Shown here piece by piece: positions 19,144-28,782 of a DNA stretch of 34,098 bases. Below the pieces are notes generated by a model that searched no databases, was not told the DNA's origin, and worked only from the letters and a program-made list of their open reading frames with translations. How positions within the stretch are numbered: position 1 is the first letter of the stretch; the number at the start of each line of letters is the position of its first letter. The translations under genes were made by a program, and so were the position numbers. The DNA comes from Chrysochromulina tobinii (taxonomy: Eukaryota), in contig JWZX01003185.1 of NCBI GenBank assembly GCA_001275005.1, forward strand, positions 1 to 34,098, given 5' to 3'.

Positions 19144-22100
19144 TCACTTCTTGCGGCCGCCCCCCGTCTTGGGCGCGCCTGGGCCGCCGCGTTTAGGCGG
19201 GGCGGCCTGCTTGGCGCCGCCACTTCCCTTCGGCAGGCTGGCATTCGGCGAGAGCCCAAGAAGCATCTTCTTCCGAGCGAGCCTCTTCCGGAATGCGTTC
19301 TGCATGCGGATGACCGCGTAGATGTAGGCTGACGAGTACTGCGAGACAACGGTCTTGTGCAGAGCCGTCGATTTGAACACCTCACCGTACTGCTTGGTGA
19401 TGTTGCGCAGGACGTCGGTCCCCTGGGGCAGCTCGATCTCACTGCCGAAGGCTTTCTTACCGAAGGCCTCGAGCGCGTCGTGGAAGGCGATCGAGCCGGA
19501 GCGGTCGGGCACTTCGAGACTCTTGAGGTGCTCGGTAAGGGTCGCCGAGTCCGCCGGGGGGATGTCCCTGTAGCCGAGTGGCGCGTCGAGAAGAAGAAGC
19601 AGCTTCTTAAGGTCCTTGGTCGGCATGAAGTGTGTCGCATCGGGGTCGAGCTCCTTCCACGCATCGACGAAGTTCTCGATCTGCGAAGGGGAGAGCTTCA
19701 TCTCCTCGGCAGCCTCCTCCTCGGCAAAGGTGTCGAGGACCACCGCCACGATGAGGTTGAGCATGACCATCGCCTCAATCACGATGAACGAGATGAAGAA
19801 GACGACGGCGGTGATCGGCGAGCCGCACGTGCCCTCGGCGTCCGAGCAGCGACCTGGCTCCGAGTGCGCCTCGGTCACCATCGCATCGTGCATGATGCCA
19901 TTGTATGACTCGCCGGTGATGCACCTGAAGAGGGTGAGCATGGCAGTGCCGAACGTGGCGAAGTTGGCATCGTAGTTGATGAAGTCGCCGTGGAGTGGCA
20001 GGTTGTGGAAGAGCTCGATGCCGAGGATCGTGTAGATGTAGAGGAAGAGGATGAGGAGCACGCCGACGTTCGCGAGCGCGGGCACCGCGACCACGATCGT
20101 CGTGATCAGCCGATTGAGGCCGCCGCCCATCTTCATCAGGCGCAGCAGCCGCGCGATGCGGAAGACGCGGAGCATGCGAACCGTGCCCGGGTCGATCTTG
20201 ATACCGAGCGACTCGAGGCCCTGGAGGGCGTCGGCGGCGAGCGCAATGGTGACGAGCGTGCCGTCGAAGACGTTCCAGCCCGACATGAGATACTGGCGCA
20301 GCCCGAGGCCAGTGATCTTCAGGACCATCTCAGTCGTGAACGCCACTGTGAAGAAGATGTCGCAGTAGTCGGAGAAGACCGACATGTACTCCGGCTGGCC
20401 GTAGTACGTGAGCGACATGGCGAACACGTTGAGGATCACGAGCGAGATGACGAACTTCTCGAAGGCGATGGGCAAGGCGCGGTTCTCGCGGTCTCCCTGC
20501 ACGAGCATGAAGATGGCGCGCCGGAAGCGCGCGAAGCAATTCTTGCCAAATGGGGTGCGCACCATCTTCTCCGCGCGCACGGAAAGCACGTTCTGCAGGG
20601 TCTTCGACCATTCCTTCTGGTCGTCGGACAAGAAGCCTGATCCGTCCTCGGCCTGGCGGATGGCGTTGAAGTTCTCGAGCACGACGCCGACGAAGAGGTT
20701 GAGCAGCAGGAAGGCGGAGATGACGATCCAAGAGATGATGTACACGGCCATCCACGCGTTCTGGTTCTGGACGAGCGGCTGGCCCGTGGCGGTCGGGTCG
20801 GAGTCCATCGCGAGGAACATCACATCTGGCCACATCTCGAGCGTCGACATCTCGAAGAGCGTGAGCATGGCGTAGCCGATAGAGTCGAAGTTGGCCACGT
20901 CGGGGTTGCCCCACCAGCGCGCCTTCTCTTCGCCGCTCTCGTCGGTGAACGTGCCCACGCAGTCGATCTTGGCGCCAATCGTGTCGTCGTTGCAGTGGCC
21001 GAGGCGGCCCATGAGGAACGTCATTCCGAAGAGTCCGTAGACGATGAGCACGAGGAAGCACACCTGCCCGACGTTGAGTACGGCGGGGATCGCGCGGAAG
21101 AGCGAGTTGACGACCATCTTGAGTCCCTTGAAGCGCTGGATGACGCGCAGCGGGCGCAGCGTGCGGATCGCGCGCAGAGCCTTGAAGACGCCAAAGCCCT
21201 CGGCGCCGGCGGAGAGGATGGAGATGACAGAGGTAGTGACGATCGAGAAGTCGAGGATGTTCCAATAGGAGGTGAAGTAGCCTTCCTCGCCAAACAGCCC
21301 GAAGGTCACGAGCTTGAGCGCCGCCTCGATCACAAAGATGATGGTGAAGAACTTGTCGGAGTAGTCGAGCGAAATCGCGAGCTGCGAGTCCGGTGCGACG
21401 GTCGGCATGTCGAGGGCGAGGGAGAGCGACGAGAGGACGATGATGAAGATGATGAAGTTGTCAAAGTTCTGGTGCGTCAGGATCGCGCGCAGCTGCCGGT
21501 GGAAGGCGCTCACGTTCATATCGAGCGTGAGAGGCAAGAAGGCGGCGCCTGGCGCGTCGCCATTGAAGGGCACGACCGCGAAATCCGGGTCGACCTCCGG
21601 TGCGCTCTCGGCATCCACCTTGAAGCGCGGGCCGCGCGCGTCGCGCTTGGCGCGCTCCTGGGCGCGCAGCGAGGCCACAGCGCTCATGAGCACGCGGTTG
21701 GCGGTGATCGTCGTCGCGTACTTTTTGAGCAGCTCGGTGAGCTTCGCAATCGTCTCCTTGCCAGCGACCGCTGGGAGGGCGCCCGACATGCGCGCGTGCT
21801 CCGACTCCCAGTACTCGAGGAGGAGGCTTACCTCGGAGGAGGCCTTGAGGGATGCTGCGTCGTCGAGCAGCTCGCCGAGACCCTTGACCATCGACGCGAA
21901 GCCCAACGTGAGGCCGGCGACACCCTTGAGCTCGTCGGGTCCCGCTTGGTCGGCGGCCGACTCGAAGTCCTTGAAGAGCTGTCCCATGCGTGCCATGAGG
22001 CGCGAGCCCGAGGCGGCGGAGAAGCCGAGCTGCTTGGCGCCGATGAGCTCCTGGAGCTCGAGGAGCACGTTCGTGTGCGCCGAGCGCAGGGCCGTGAGCG

Positions 22101-24180
22101 CGCTCGCAAGCTCGGCACGCAGCTTCTCGACCTCTGCCTTCTTCTCCTCCGACGCCACCTTCTCCTCGGGGTCTTCGAGGTCTTCCGCGGCCGTCTCCCA
22201 TCCCCAGCTGATGATGGCGACGAAGAGGTTGACGAGGACATAGTTGCTCAGGATGAAGAGCGGCACGAAGTAGAGCACCGAGAGCGGCCCGCCCGAGTAT
22301 GGGAGCGTGCCGCCATAGACGTCGTTCCAGTTCTCACCCGAGGTGACCACGAAGACGGTGATGAAGGCGTTCGAAAAGTAGTCAAAGTTGGTACGCATAG
22401 GCTCCTCGCCGAGCTTGCCACCGAAGAGCTCCATGCCGAGCAGGGCATACACAATGATGCACAAGACGAGGATGCCCGACAGATTGACCACCTTGTCCGC
22501 CGCTTTGACGATCGTGAGCTCGAAGCGGCGCATCTCGTTGTCCAGGCGCAGCAGACGCAGCACGCGCGCCACACGCATCGCGCGCAGCACGTCAGTTTCG
22601 TGGCCGTAGACCTCCATCAGGAGGTCGATGAGCGAGCACCACGTAACGAAGAAGTCGAACGTGTTCCAGCCGGACTCGAAGTACTTGCCACAGCCGTTCG
22701 CCACCAGCTTAACGAGCATCTCGACCGAAAAGCAGGCGGTGAAGAAGTAGTTGGACATCTCGACGATGTACGTGAGCTCCTCCGACTGGCCCTCATGGAT
22801 GAGGCACATGGTCACCGTGTTGCCCACGATCATTACGTAGATGAGCCACTCCCACTTGGATAACTTTTTGACCTGCGGCTCGGCGGTGACCACGGCCTCG
22901 AGGACCTCATCAGGTGGGAGCGTCTCATCCACACGGATCTGCTTGAAATAGGCGTCTGCGGTGGCGGTGGGGGCGGCCAACGCGTGTGAGCGAGCGTCGC
23001 ACGGCCGAAAGGCGGACGCGGCAGGAGCGGGAGCGCGCAGGCACAAGGGCGGCGGGTGCGCGCACCGAACATGACAGCGAGGAAGAGCTGCACGATGAAC
23101 ATGGCGCCGAAGACGACGAGGAAGATGTAATAGATGACCGTGGTCGTCTCATTGGTGGTGATCCCGAGCATGTACATTTGGTCGACCCAGCCCTCGAGCG
23201 TGACGGCCTGGAAGATCGTCACGAAGGCGTACAGGACATTATCGTACGAGAGCGCTCCGTCGGCGGGGTTGATCTCGTAATACTCACACGTCTGCTCGCC
23301 CTCGCAGTCGGCCGACGTGGCGCACACTGCCGTGTCGTCGACCCACTCTGACGAGCCCGGCTCGGTGCAGCGGAAGTGCAGTTTGCCAGCAAACATGTTG
23401 ACGCCCAGGATGCCAAAGAGAAAAAGGAAGAAGCAAAAGAGCACGGACACGTTGCTCAGCTGTGCGCGCAAGGAGGCACCGAGAACACAGTGGTCAGGCG
23501 GGACATGACGACCCTCGGACAGGAGGCGGCGCGCGCGGCGCAGCAGCAGCTACGGGTGAGGATGGCGACCAGGCATCAGCATCGCCAGCAGCTCGCATCG
23601 CGAGCCTGGCGTCAGCAGCAGCGAGCGCGGCACGAGCGAGCCAGCGCTCCGGCAGGCGAGCTGCCAGCCGCCTGCAGGCGGCGCTTACCCCTTGCAGCGT
23701 CTCAAAGCTGAGGAGCGTGTTGACAAGCGCCTTGAGCGACGGCAGGCGGTTGACAGTCCGCAACGCACGCAGCACGCGCACGGCGCGAAGCCACGAGTAG
23801 TTGCCCGAGGTGGGCAGGAAGTAGGGCGCCCACGCACTCGTGACGACAGTTGCATCCAGCAGGTTCCACGGATCTTTGACGTAATCGCTGCAGCCCAGCG
23901 CGGTTATCTTGATGGACATCTCGATGGTGAAGATGCAGTTGAAAATCAACTCCATTTTTGCTATTATCATCGCCTTGTCACTGGTCTCATCCGTGTCCAG
24001 AGGGCTGTCGGTCATCATCATGATCGTGTTGCAGCCGATGATCATCAAGATAAAGGCGTCGAAGCCCCACCATTGGACTAGGCTGATGGCGCTGCGGCGG
24101 ATGGAATTGCGGGTTGTGCAGCCGCACGGATTCTTTCCGGTATTGCCAGGTAGCAGCGGCGCAGTGTCTCCGTACTCCAT
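19144..24180 (-). CDS. Four-domain (4x6TM) voltage-gated cation channel alpha subunit, Cav-type filter; exons 24180-23689, 23459-23066, 22955-19144 (1,565 aa)
   Basis: Four S4 helices: LRAVRVLRALRTV, LRAMRVARVLRLLR, FKALRAIRTLRPLRVI and VRMLRVFRIARLLRL. Pore loops TLEGW, SGENW, TLEMW and TGESY. C-terminal EF-hand-like FVDAWKELDPDAT and IQ-like AVIRMQNAFRKRLARK. Exon lengths 492+394+3812 keep the frame. Confidence 0.93.
22956..23065 (-). other. Spliceosomal intron (110 nt, phase 1) in the channel gene
   Basis: ATGTTCG|GTGCGC...CCACCGCAG|ACGCCTAT. Splicing gives LAVMFDAYFKQ at the end of domain I S6. Confidence 0.88.
23460..23688 (-). other. Spliceosomal intron (229 nt, phase 0) in the channel gene
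   Basis: CAAGGG|GTAAGC...GCGCACAG|CTGAGCAAC. Splicing gives TLQGLSNVSVLF, the S4-S5 linker into S5. Confidence 0.9.
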
Positions 24181-24384
24181 GCTGTGTTGGCCTCCGAAAA
24201 GATGGAGTTGGTTTTCGATGAGCAAAGTTGGCGACCTCGAAATGATCGAAACTAGTCAAGATTTGTCTACTGTAAATCTCACAAATTTCGAGCGATACAC
24301 ATCGAGGTGAACATGAAACTTGTCCGGGTGCAGGGAGTTAGAGACTTTCGATTATGAAAACATGTATTAAGTTATTAAGGAAAG

Positions 24385-25746
24385 ATGGAAGGTCCTGCTC
24401 CTTCACCTCTGCTCCGCATCGGCTCCTCGGCGGCCGGCGGCCGCGGCGTCTTCGCGACGCAGCCGCTCAAGCCCGGAACCGAAGTCTTCTCTGAGCGGCC
24501 CGCGTACCACACAACTTGCGCAGGCAAGACGCCCAAGCAGGAAGGGATCGAGGCGCTCGCGGCTCACATAGTCGCATCGCACGCTCCTCAGCATAGAAAC
24601 GCCATCGCAGCGCTCGTATCCAACGTGACCGAACTCCGCAAGCAGCCAGACTTGTGCGAGGCCCTTGCCGATGCGGTCGAGCATGTGCGCAAAGCGGTCG
24701 AGCTTATGCCCATTGACGAAGCTCTCGCCATTGTCAGCCCGACCTATGCGGATGGTGCGATGCACGTGCCCGAGGCAGCACGCACGTCCGTTCGCGAGTC
24801 GCTGGTGGCGCTCGCTCAGAATGCCGTGAGTGAGGAGAGTGTATGGCTATCCTATGGGCGCGACTGGTCCAACGCCATGTGGGTCAACCCCGGCTCGGCA
24901 AGCCGCCTCGGCTCTGCGCTCTATCCGCAGTTCGGCGCGGTCATGAACCACAGCAACAACCCCAACGTGTACCTGATCTTTGACGACGACTGGCTGCTGA
25001 GAGTGCGCACCATCGCTCCAGTGGCCGCCGGAGAGGAGCTGTGCTTCTCATACGTCGACCTCGGCCAGCCTTATGCCGAGCTGCGCGCGGTCCTGCGAAA
25101 AAAGTATCACTTCGACTGCGGTGAGCAGGATGGGCGGGGCGGGCAGCGGTATGTGCCCGGCTCGTCGAGCTGCGACGACTCACGCCTCGCGGAGCTCGCG
25201 CGCACGTATGGAGGCGTCAAGCCTCCTTGCACCGAGCCCGCGGCGCTCATCCCCGCCATCACCGCCGCTCTGCAGCAACGGCAGGCTGCGTACGACTGGC
25301 TGGGCATTGTTGTGGCGAGCGACGATCTGCTCTTCTGCTACCGCTTCACCTTCCGGGTGGTGCACCCCCAGGTGGCCCTACGCTTGCTCAGTGCGGGCCT
25401 CGCGTGTCAGCGCCTTGCCCCCTACGACGAGCGCGCGTCGCGATACCTGAGCCAGGCGGTGCGCGTCCTAGGCGTGACCCACGGAGAGTTCCACCCCCTC
25501 GCCACATGCGCACGACGAGCGCTTGAAAAGTGCAAGGCGCACTTGCCCGGTACGCCACCAAGCTCTCGGCCTGGAGCCGCGCGGTCACCAGCGGTGCTTG
25601 CTGCAGACGTGGCCGTTGGAAACGTCGCCGCTGTCCACGCATTTCTCGCGGCCCCGCGCCTCGAGCTCGACTGTAGCGGCTTGCTGGTCAGGCGTGCTGT
25701 CGACGACGATGGGGATGGCCATTCGACGTACTACATGCTCACTTGA
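24385..25746 (+). CDS. SET-domain lysine methyltransferase, SMYD-like
   Basis: N-SET GGRGVFATQPLKPG, split SET, MNHSNNPN, EELCFSYVD, then a helical C-terminal region (HPQVALRL..AVRVLGVTHGEFHP) like the SMYD CTD. No clear MYND finger. Confidence 0.85.
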   Translation: MEGPAPSPLLRIGSSAAGGRGVFATQPLKPGTEVFSERPAYHTTCAGKTPKQEGIEALAAHIVASHAPQHRNAIAALVSNVTELRKQPDLCEALADAVEHVRKAVELMPIDEALAIVSPTYADGAMHVPEAARTSVRESLVALAQNAVSEESVWLSYGRDWSNAMWVNPGSASRLGSALYPQFGAVMNHSNNPNVYLIFDDDWLLRVRTIAPVAAGEELCFSYVDLGQPYAELRAVLRKKYHFDCGEQDGRGGQRYVPGSSSCDDSRLAELARTYGGVKPPCTEPAALIPAITAALQQRQAAYDWLGIVVASDDLLFCYRFTFRVVHPQVALRLLSAGLACQRLAPYDERASRYLSQAVRVLGVTHGEFHPLATCARRALEKCKAHLPGTPPSSRPGAARSPAVLAADVAVGNVAAVHAFLAAPRLELDCSGLLVRRAVDDDGDGHSTYYMLT

Positions 25747-26139
25747 GTTCTGATTAGGCTCGTTTCAAGTTCCGTAAGCGACAAGCAGTACCACGCTACC
25801 ACGGATTAGAAAAACCCGTTCGCCGTTGCCAACGGGAGTCCGGACGGGAGGTCGAGTGGGCTCGGGCCGGGCCCGTACCGGTCACGGAACTCGCGATTCC
25901 GGTCCGGCCCGGCGCGGGTCGTCCCCCTCTCCCGTTAGAACGGCCAAACGGGCGCGATACGCGCTGTCGCTGAGCCGTGCGCCCGGGAATGCACGGGCGA
26001 TGTGATATCGAGAGAATCTCCTGACAAGCAGTTCTATGCGATGATACATCTCTGCACGCACCAAGCATGGCGGCGGCTGACGATCCGGGTCTCTCCGCTA
26101 CAATGTAGAGAGTGAGTGGCCACGCTCTAGGCCTAGGGA

Positions 26140-27216
26140 CTAGGCCAGCATCGGCTCTACGCGGTCGCCCACGTGCACGGTAACGCCCGTTGTCAACGGC
26201 TCGAGGTAGATGCCGAAAGCGATGCCACGGCCAGCCCTAGCCCGATAGCCCCGCAGGCTTTGCATTGGACCGCTCGCCGCCGGGTCGCGCCTCCCAGACT
26301 GTTGGGACACGTCGGGCACCGTGCATCGTGGGCACGGGCCGCTCACACGGAAGAATGCGCGCTCCCCGATCCGCACACTGCGCCACGCGTCCTCGGCGTG
26401 CGGCTGACCGCAGCCCGCGACCACCAGATTGGGTCGGAAGCGATCCATGGGCACGGGTGCGCGCCCCTCGGCCGCGCGCCGCGCGTTGAGAGCGTTGAGC
26501 GACTCTTCGCACATGAGATGGAGTGGGCTCGCGTCCGACAGCCCTGCGTGGCGCGGCACTTCAGGCGGAGCATGCATGAGCCGAAACGTAGGCGTGCCAA
26601 AGGGTGGCGGTAGCAGAGAGGCCAAGGGATTCGTCGCACCGCCGCCCGGAAGCAAGAGCTCGCCCAGCCACTTGGATACCGCTGGTCCCTGGTCCCACAG
26701 TCCGATGCGCTCGCCAAACAGCGTGCAAGAGACGAGCGGACCGGAACGCTGGACGGTCACGTTCAGCGCGCGGCCACCGGCGCGGAGCATGAGTGCGCGG
26801 CCGTCCTCGACTGTACGCGCCTCCAGCGTAGCGAGCAGCGGGTACTCCCGTTGTGTCACATGTGAGCCCGTGGACGAAACGACCATGAAACGGCGATCGC
26901 CAACGAGGCCCTCGCCATTGACGATCGCCGATTGGCGCGAATCTGCCCGGGCGCCCTTGATGGGGTAGCTCAGTACCTGACGGACTTGCATCGGTGCAGA
27001 CTGCGTGTCTGATTCCTTCTCGAAGATGCCTGGCTCGGTCCCAGAGACGGAGCAGGTTACAACGACGCGGGAGGACCGCTGCGAGGACGACGTGAAGGGC
27101 GACGCACTGAAGGGCACATCAAACTTCGTCGCATTGGAGTGAGCACGTGCCGACTGCGTCGCGGGCAGTGCCGGAACGTTGTACGCCACGGTGACAAAGT
27201 GTACAATCACTTCCAT
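26140..27216 (-). CDS. MOSC-domain protein (mARC/YcbX-like molybdenum-cofactor protein)
   Basis: MOSC_N segment YPIKG, GDRRFMVV and TQREYPLLA. MOSC segment ESLNALN, MDRFRPNLVV, AEDAW and the Moco-ligating PCPRC. The first in-frame ATG is at 27216; the start is uncertain. Confidence 0.88.
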   Translation of the reverse strand: MEVIVHFVTVAYNVPALPATQSARAHSNATKFDVPFSASPFTSSSQRSSRVVVTCSVSGTEPGIFEKESDTQSAPMQVRQVLSYPIKGARADSRQSAIVNGEGLVGDRRFMVVSSTGSHVTQREYPLLATLEARTVEDGRALMLRAGGRALNVTVQRSGPLVSCTLFGERIGLWDQGPAVSKWLGELLLPGGGATNPLASLLPPPFGTPTFRLMHAPPEVPRHAGLSDASPLHLMCEESLNALNARRAAEGRAPVPMDRFRPNLVVAGCGQPHAEDAWRSVRIGERAFFRVSGPCPRCTVPDVSQQSGRRDPAASGPMQSLRGYRARAGRGIAFGIYLEPLTTGVTVHVGDRVEPMLA

Positions 27217-27300
27217 TGCACGACGAAACTTGACTTTCTTTGGAACGATTTGGAACCCCTTTTTATCACCTACGGTCGGCTCTGCATCTGGGGTTGTCAC

Positions 27301-27587
27301 CGGGGTCGTGCGTTGGTGGGTCTGGATGGCTGATGTGAGGTTCGTTTGTGTGATCCGTGTGTCCGTGTCGTGTGAACGTTAACACGACAGACGCGACAGT
27401 CGGTGCTACGGCACTGTTACTGCCAGCTCAGAATACACACACCTTACATGACCCCAAACGAGGCACGGAGCATGCGCGCGCTGGCGGCGTTGAGGATGGT
27501 CTGGGCGTCGGCGGTTTGGATGGCGGTGGAGATGTTGGCGACGTGTCGTGTGTGTCCCGGCTCCCCCCGGTGTCTTTTTACCGGTAC
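27301..27587 (-). mobile_element. Short dispersed repeat element, copy 2 (interrupted by a 167-bp insert)
   Basis: Reverse complement of 27547-27587 is identical to 1828-1868. 27301-27374 aligns with about 1869-1949. Confidence 0.75.
27375..27541 (-). mobile_element. 167-bp insertion between 11-bp direct repeats; candidate 5'-truncated non-LTR retrotransposon fragment
   Basis: CGTGTCGTGTG at 27364-27374 and 27542-27552. The insert is absent from copy 1. On the minus strand it reads HVANISTAIQTADAQTILNAASARMLRASFGVM-stop followed by about 70 nt. Confidence 0.6.
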
Positions 27588-27714
27588 CAGGGGCACACGC
27601 GCTCCTGCTGAGCGGCGTCTCTGGGGAATTCTGTGCATTGATTTGCGTGCGTACATTTGCCTTTGTGCTGACCTTTGCGAAATGAACGACGAAACTTCGC
27701 GAAACTTGATCGAC

Positions 27715-28782
27715 ATGCGCGGGAGTGCTTTGCGCTGGACGCTCTCGCGAGGCGTTGCCGCGATCGGCACGAGCGTGCTGGGCTGCGCGATCGCGCTGCG
27801 CGATCCGGAGCCGGCCTCGTGCCTCAAAGGGTATCCGGTGAGCGGACCGTCGAGCAAGGTCGTGCACGAGCTCAGCTTCGGTGTTGATCCAAAGATCGCA
27901 GTCGACTTCACTTGGTGGCTGGCCACATACGTGAAGACGCTGCTGCAGCTGCCTGGCATGCAAGGCGCAAAGCTCCTCGCCCCGACCGCGCCGTTCGCGC
28001 CAAAGCCGGGTGTGGTGTTCGTGCTCGGAGGGCCAGGTGCGGGCAAGGGCACGCAATGCAGCCTGATCGTCGAAAAGTGCGGGTACACGCACCTGTCGGC
28101 GGGCGACCTGCTGCGTGCAGCGCGCTCGTCGGGCTCCGCGCAGGGTCAAATGATCGACGAGTATATCAAGGAGGGCAAGATCGTGCCCGTCGAGGTGACG
28201 GTCAAGCTGCTCGTCGATGCGATCAAAGAGAGCGGCGCGCAGCGCGTGCTCGTAGATGGCTTCCCGCGGAATACGAACAACGTGTCCGGCTGGCAGCAGG
28301 TGGTTGGCGACTCGCTCACGGTCGGCGGCGTCCTCTTCTACGACTGCCCCGAGGAGGTGATGCAGGAGCGGTTGCTCGAGCGCGGCAAGACGAGCGGGCG
28401 CACAGACGACAACCTCGAGTCGATCAAGAAGCGGTTCAAGACGTATGCTATGGAGACGACGCCGGTGCTGCAGTACTACGAGCATCAGCAGCTCGTGCAC
28501 AGAATCGACGGCGTGCGCCCGATAGACGCCGTGTGGGCCGACTCGAAGGCCGCCATCGACAAGTTTGAGGCGTGCTTCGCTGCCGCCACCAAGCAGCCAA
28601 TCAGTGTGCACCTGTACAGCAGCAACGATCCGCCGACGGCCGTGGCGGAGGTGGTCGCGCGGGTGGCCAAGGCAGCCACGCAGAAGTTTGGCGAGGGCGC
28701 GGTCGTCGTCAGCGGTCGCGAGCTCGCCATCCAGGGCTCTTTCAAAGCATACGGCTACGAGGAGCTGCGAGCCTTCGACTGA
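27715..28782 (+). CDS. UMP-CMP kinase (adenylate kinase family) nested within a DUF4286-like domain; N-terminal targeting-like peptide
   Basis: P-loop VLGGPGAGKGTQC, HLSAGDLLR, GKIVPVEVT, LVDGFPRN and short LID GRTDDNLESIKKRF. Start at ATG 27715 (or 27682). The ORF extension back to 27403 runs through repeat DNA. Confidence 0.92.
   Translation: MRGSALRWTLSRGVAAIGTSVLGCAIALRDPEPASCLKGYPVSGPSSKVVHELSFGVDPKIAVDFTWWLATYVKTLLQLPGMQGAKLLAPTAPFAPKPGVVFVLGGPGAGKGTQCSLIVEKCGYTHLSAGDLLRAARSSGSAQGQMIDEYIKEGKIVPVEVTVKLLVDAIKESGAQRVLVDGFPRNTNNVSGWQQVVGDSLTVGGVLFYDCPEEVMQERLLERGKTSGRTDDNLESIKKRFKTYAMETTPVLQYYEHQQLVHRIDGVRPIDAVWADSKAAIDKFEACFAAATKQPISVHLYSSNDPPTAVAEVVARVAKAATQKFGEGAVVVSGRELAIQGSFKAYGYEELRAFD

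Noticed and set aside
19060..19147. Extra terminal exon of the channel via AA|GTGAGT overlapping the stop codon
   Set aside because: Donor-, branch- and acceptor-like words exist, but the added peptide is uninformative and the ORF ends naturally. It cannot be supported without cDNA.
20995..22863. 622-aa plus-strand ORF, and similar long ORFs 8623-9951, 27406-28929 and 15172-15912
   Set aside because: These are antisense shadows of GC3-rich genes (channel, ABCC, kinase, PPR) with no recognisable motifs.
19144..24180. Sodium channel (DEKA) or several single-domain channels
   Set aside because: The filter is E/E/E/E, and two canonical introns join the three ORFs into one four-domain frame.
27403..27681. 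N-terminal 100-aa extension of the kinase ORF (and ORF 1671-2078)
   Set aside because: These translate the dispersed repeat (shared VCPGSPRCLFTG peptide) and are not independent coding sequence.
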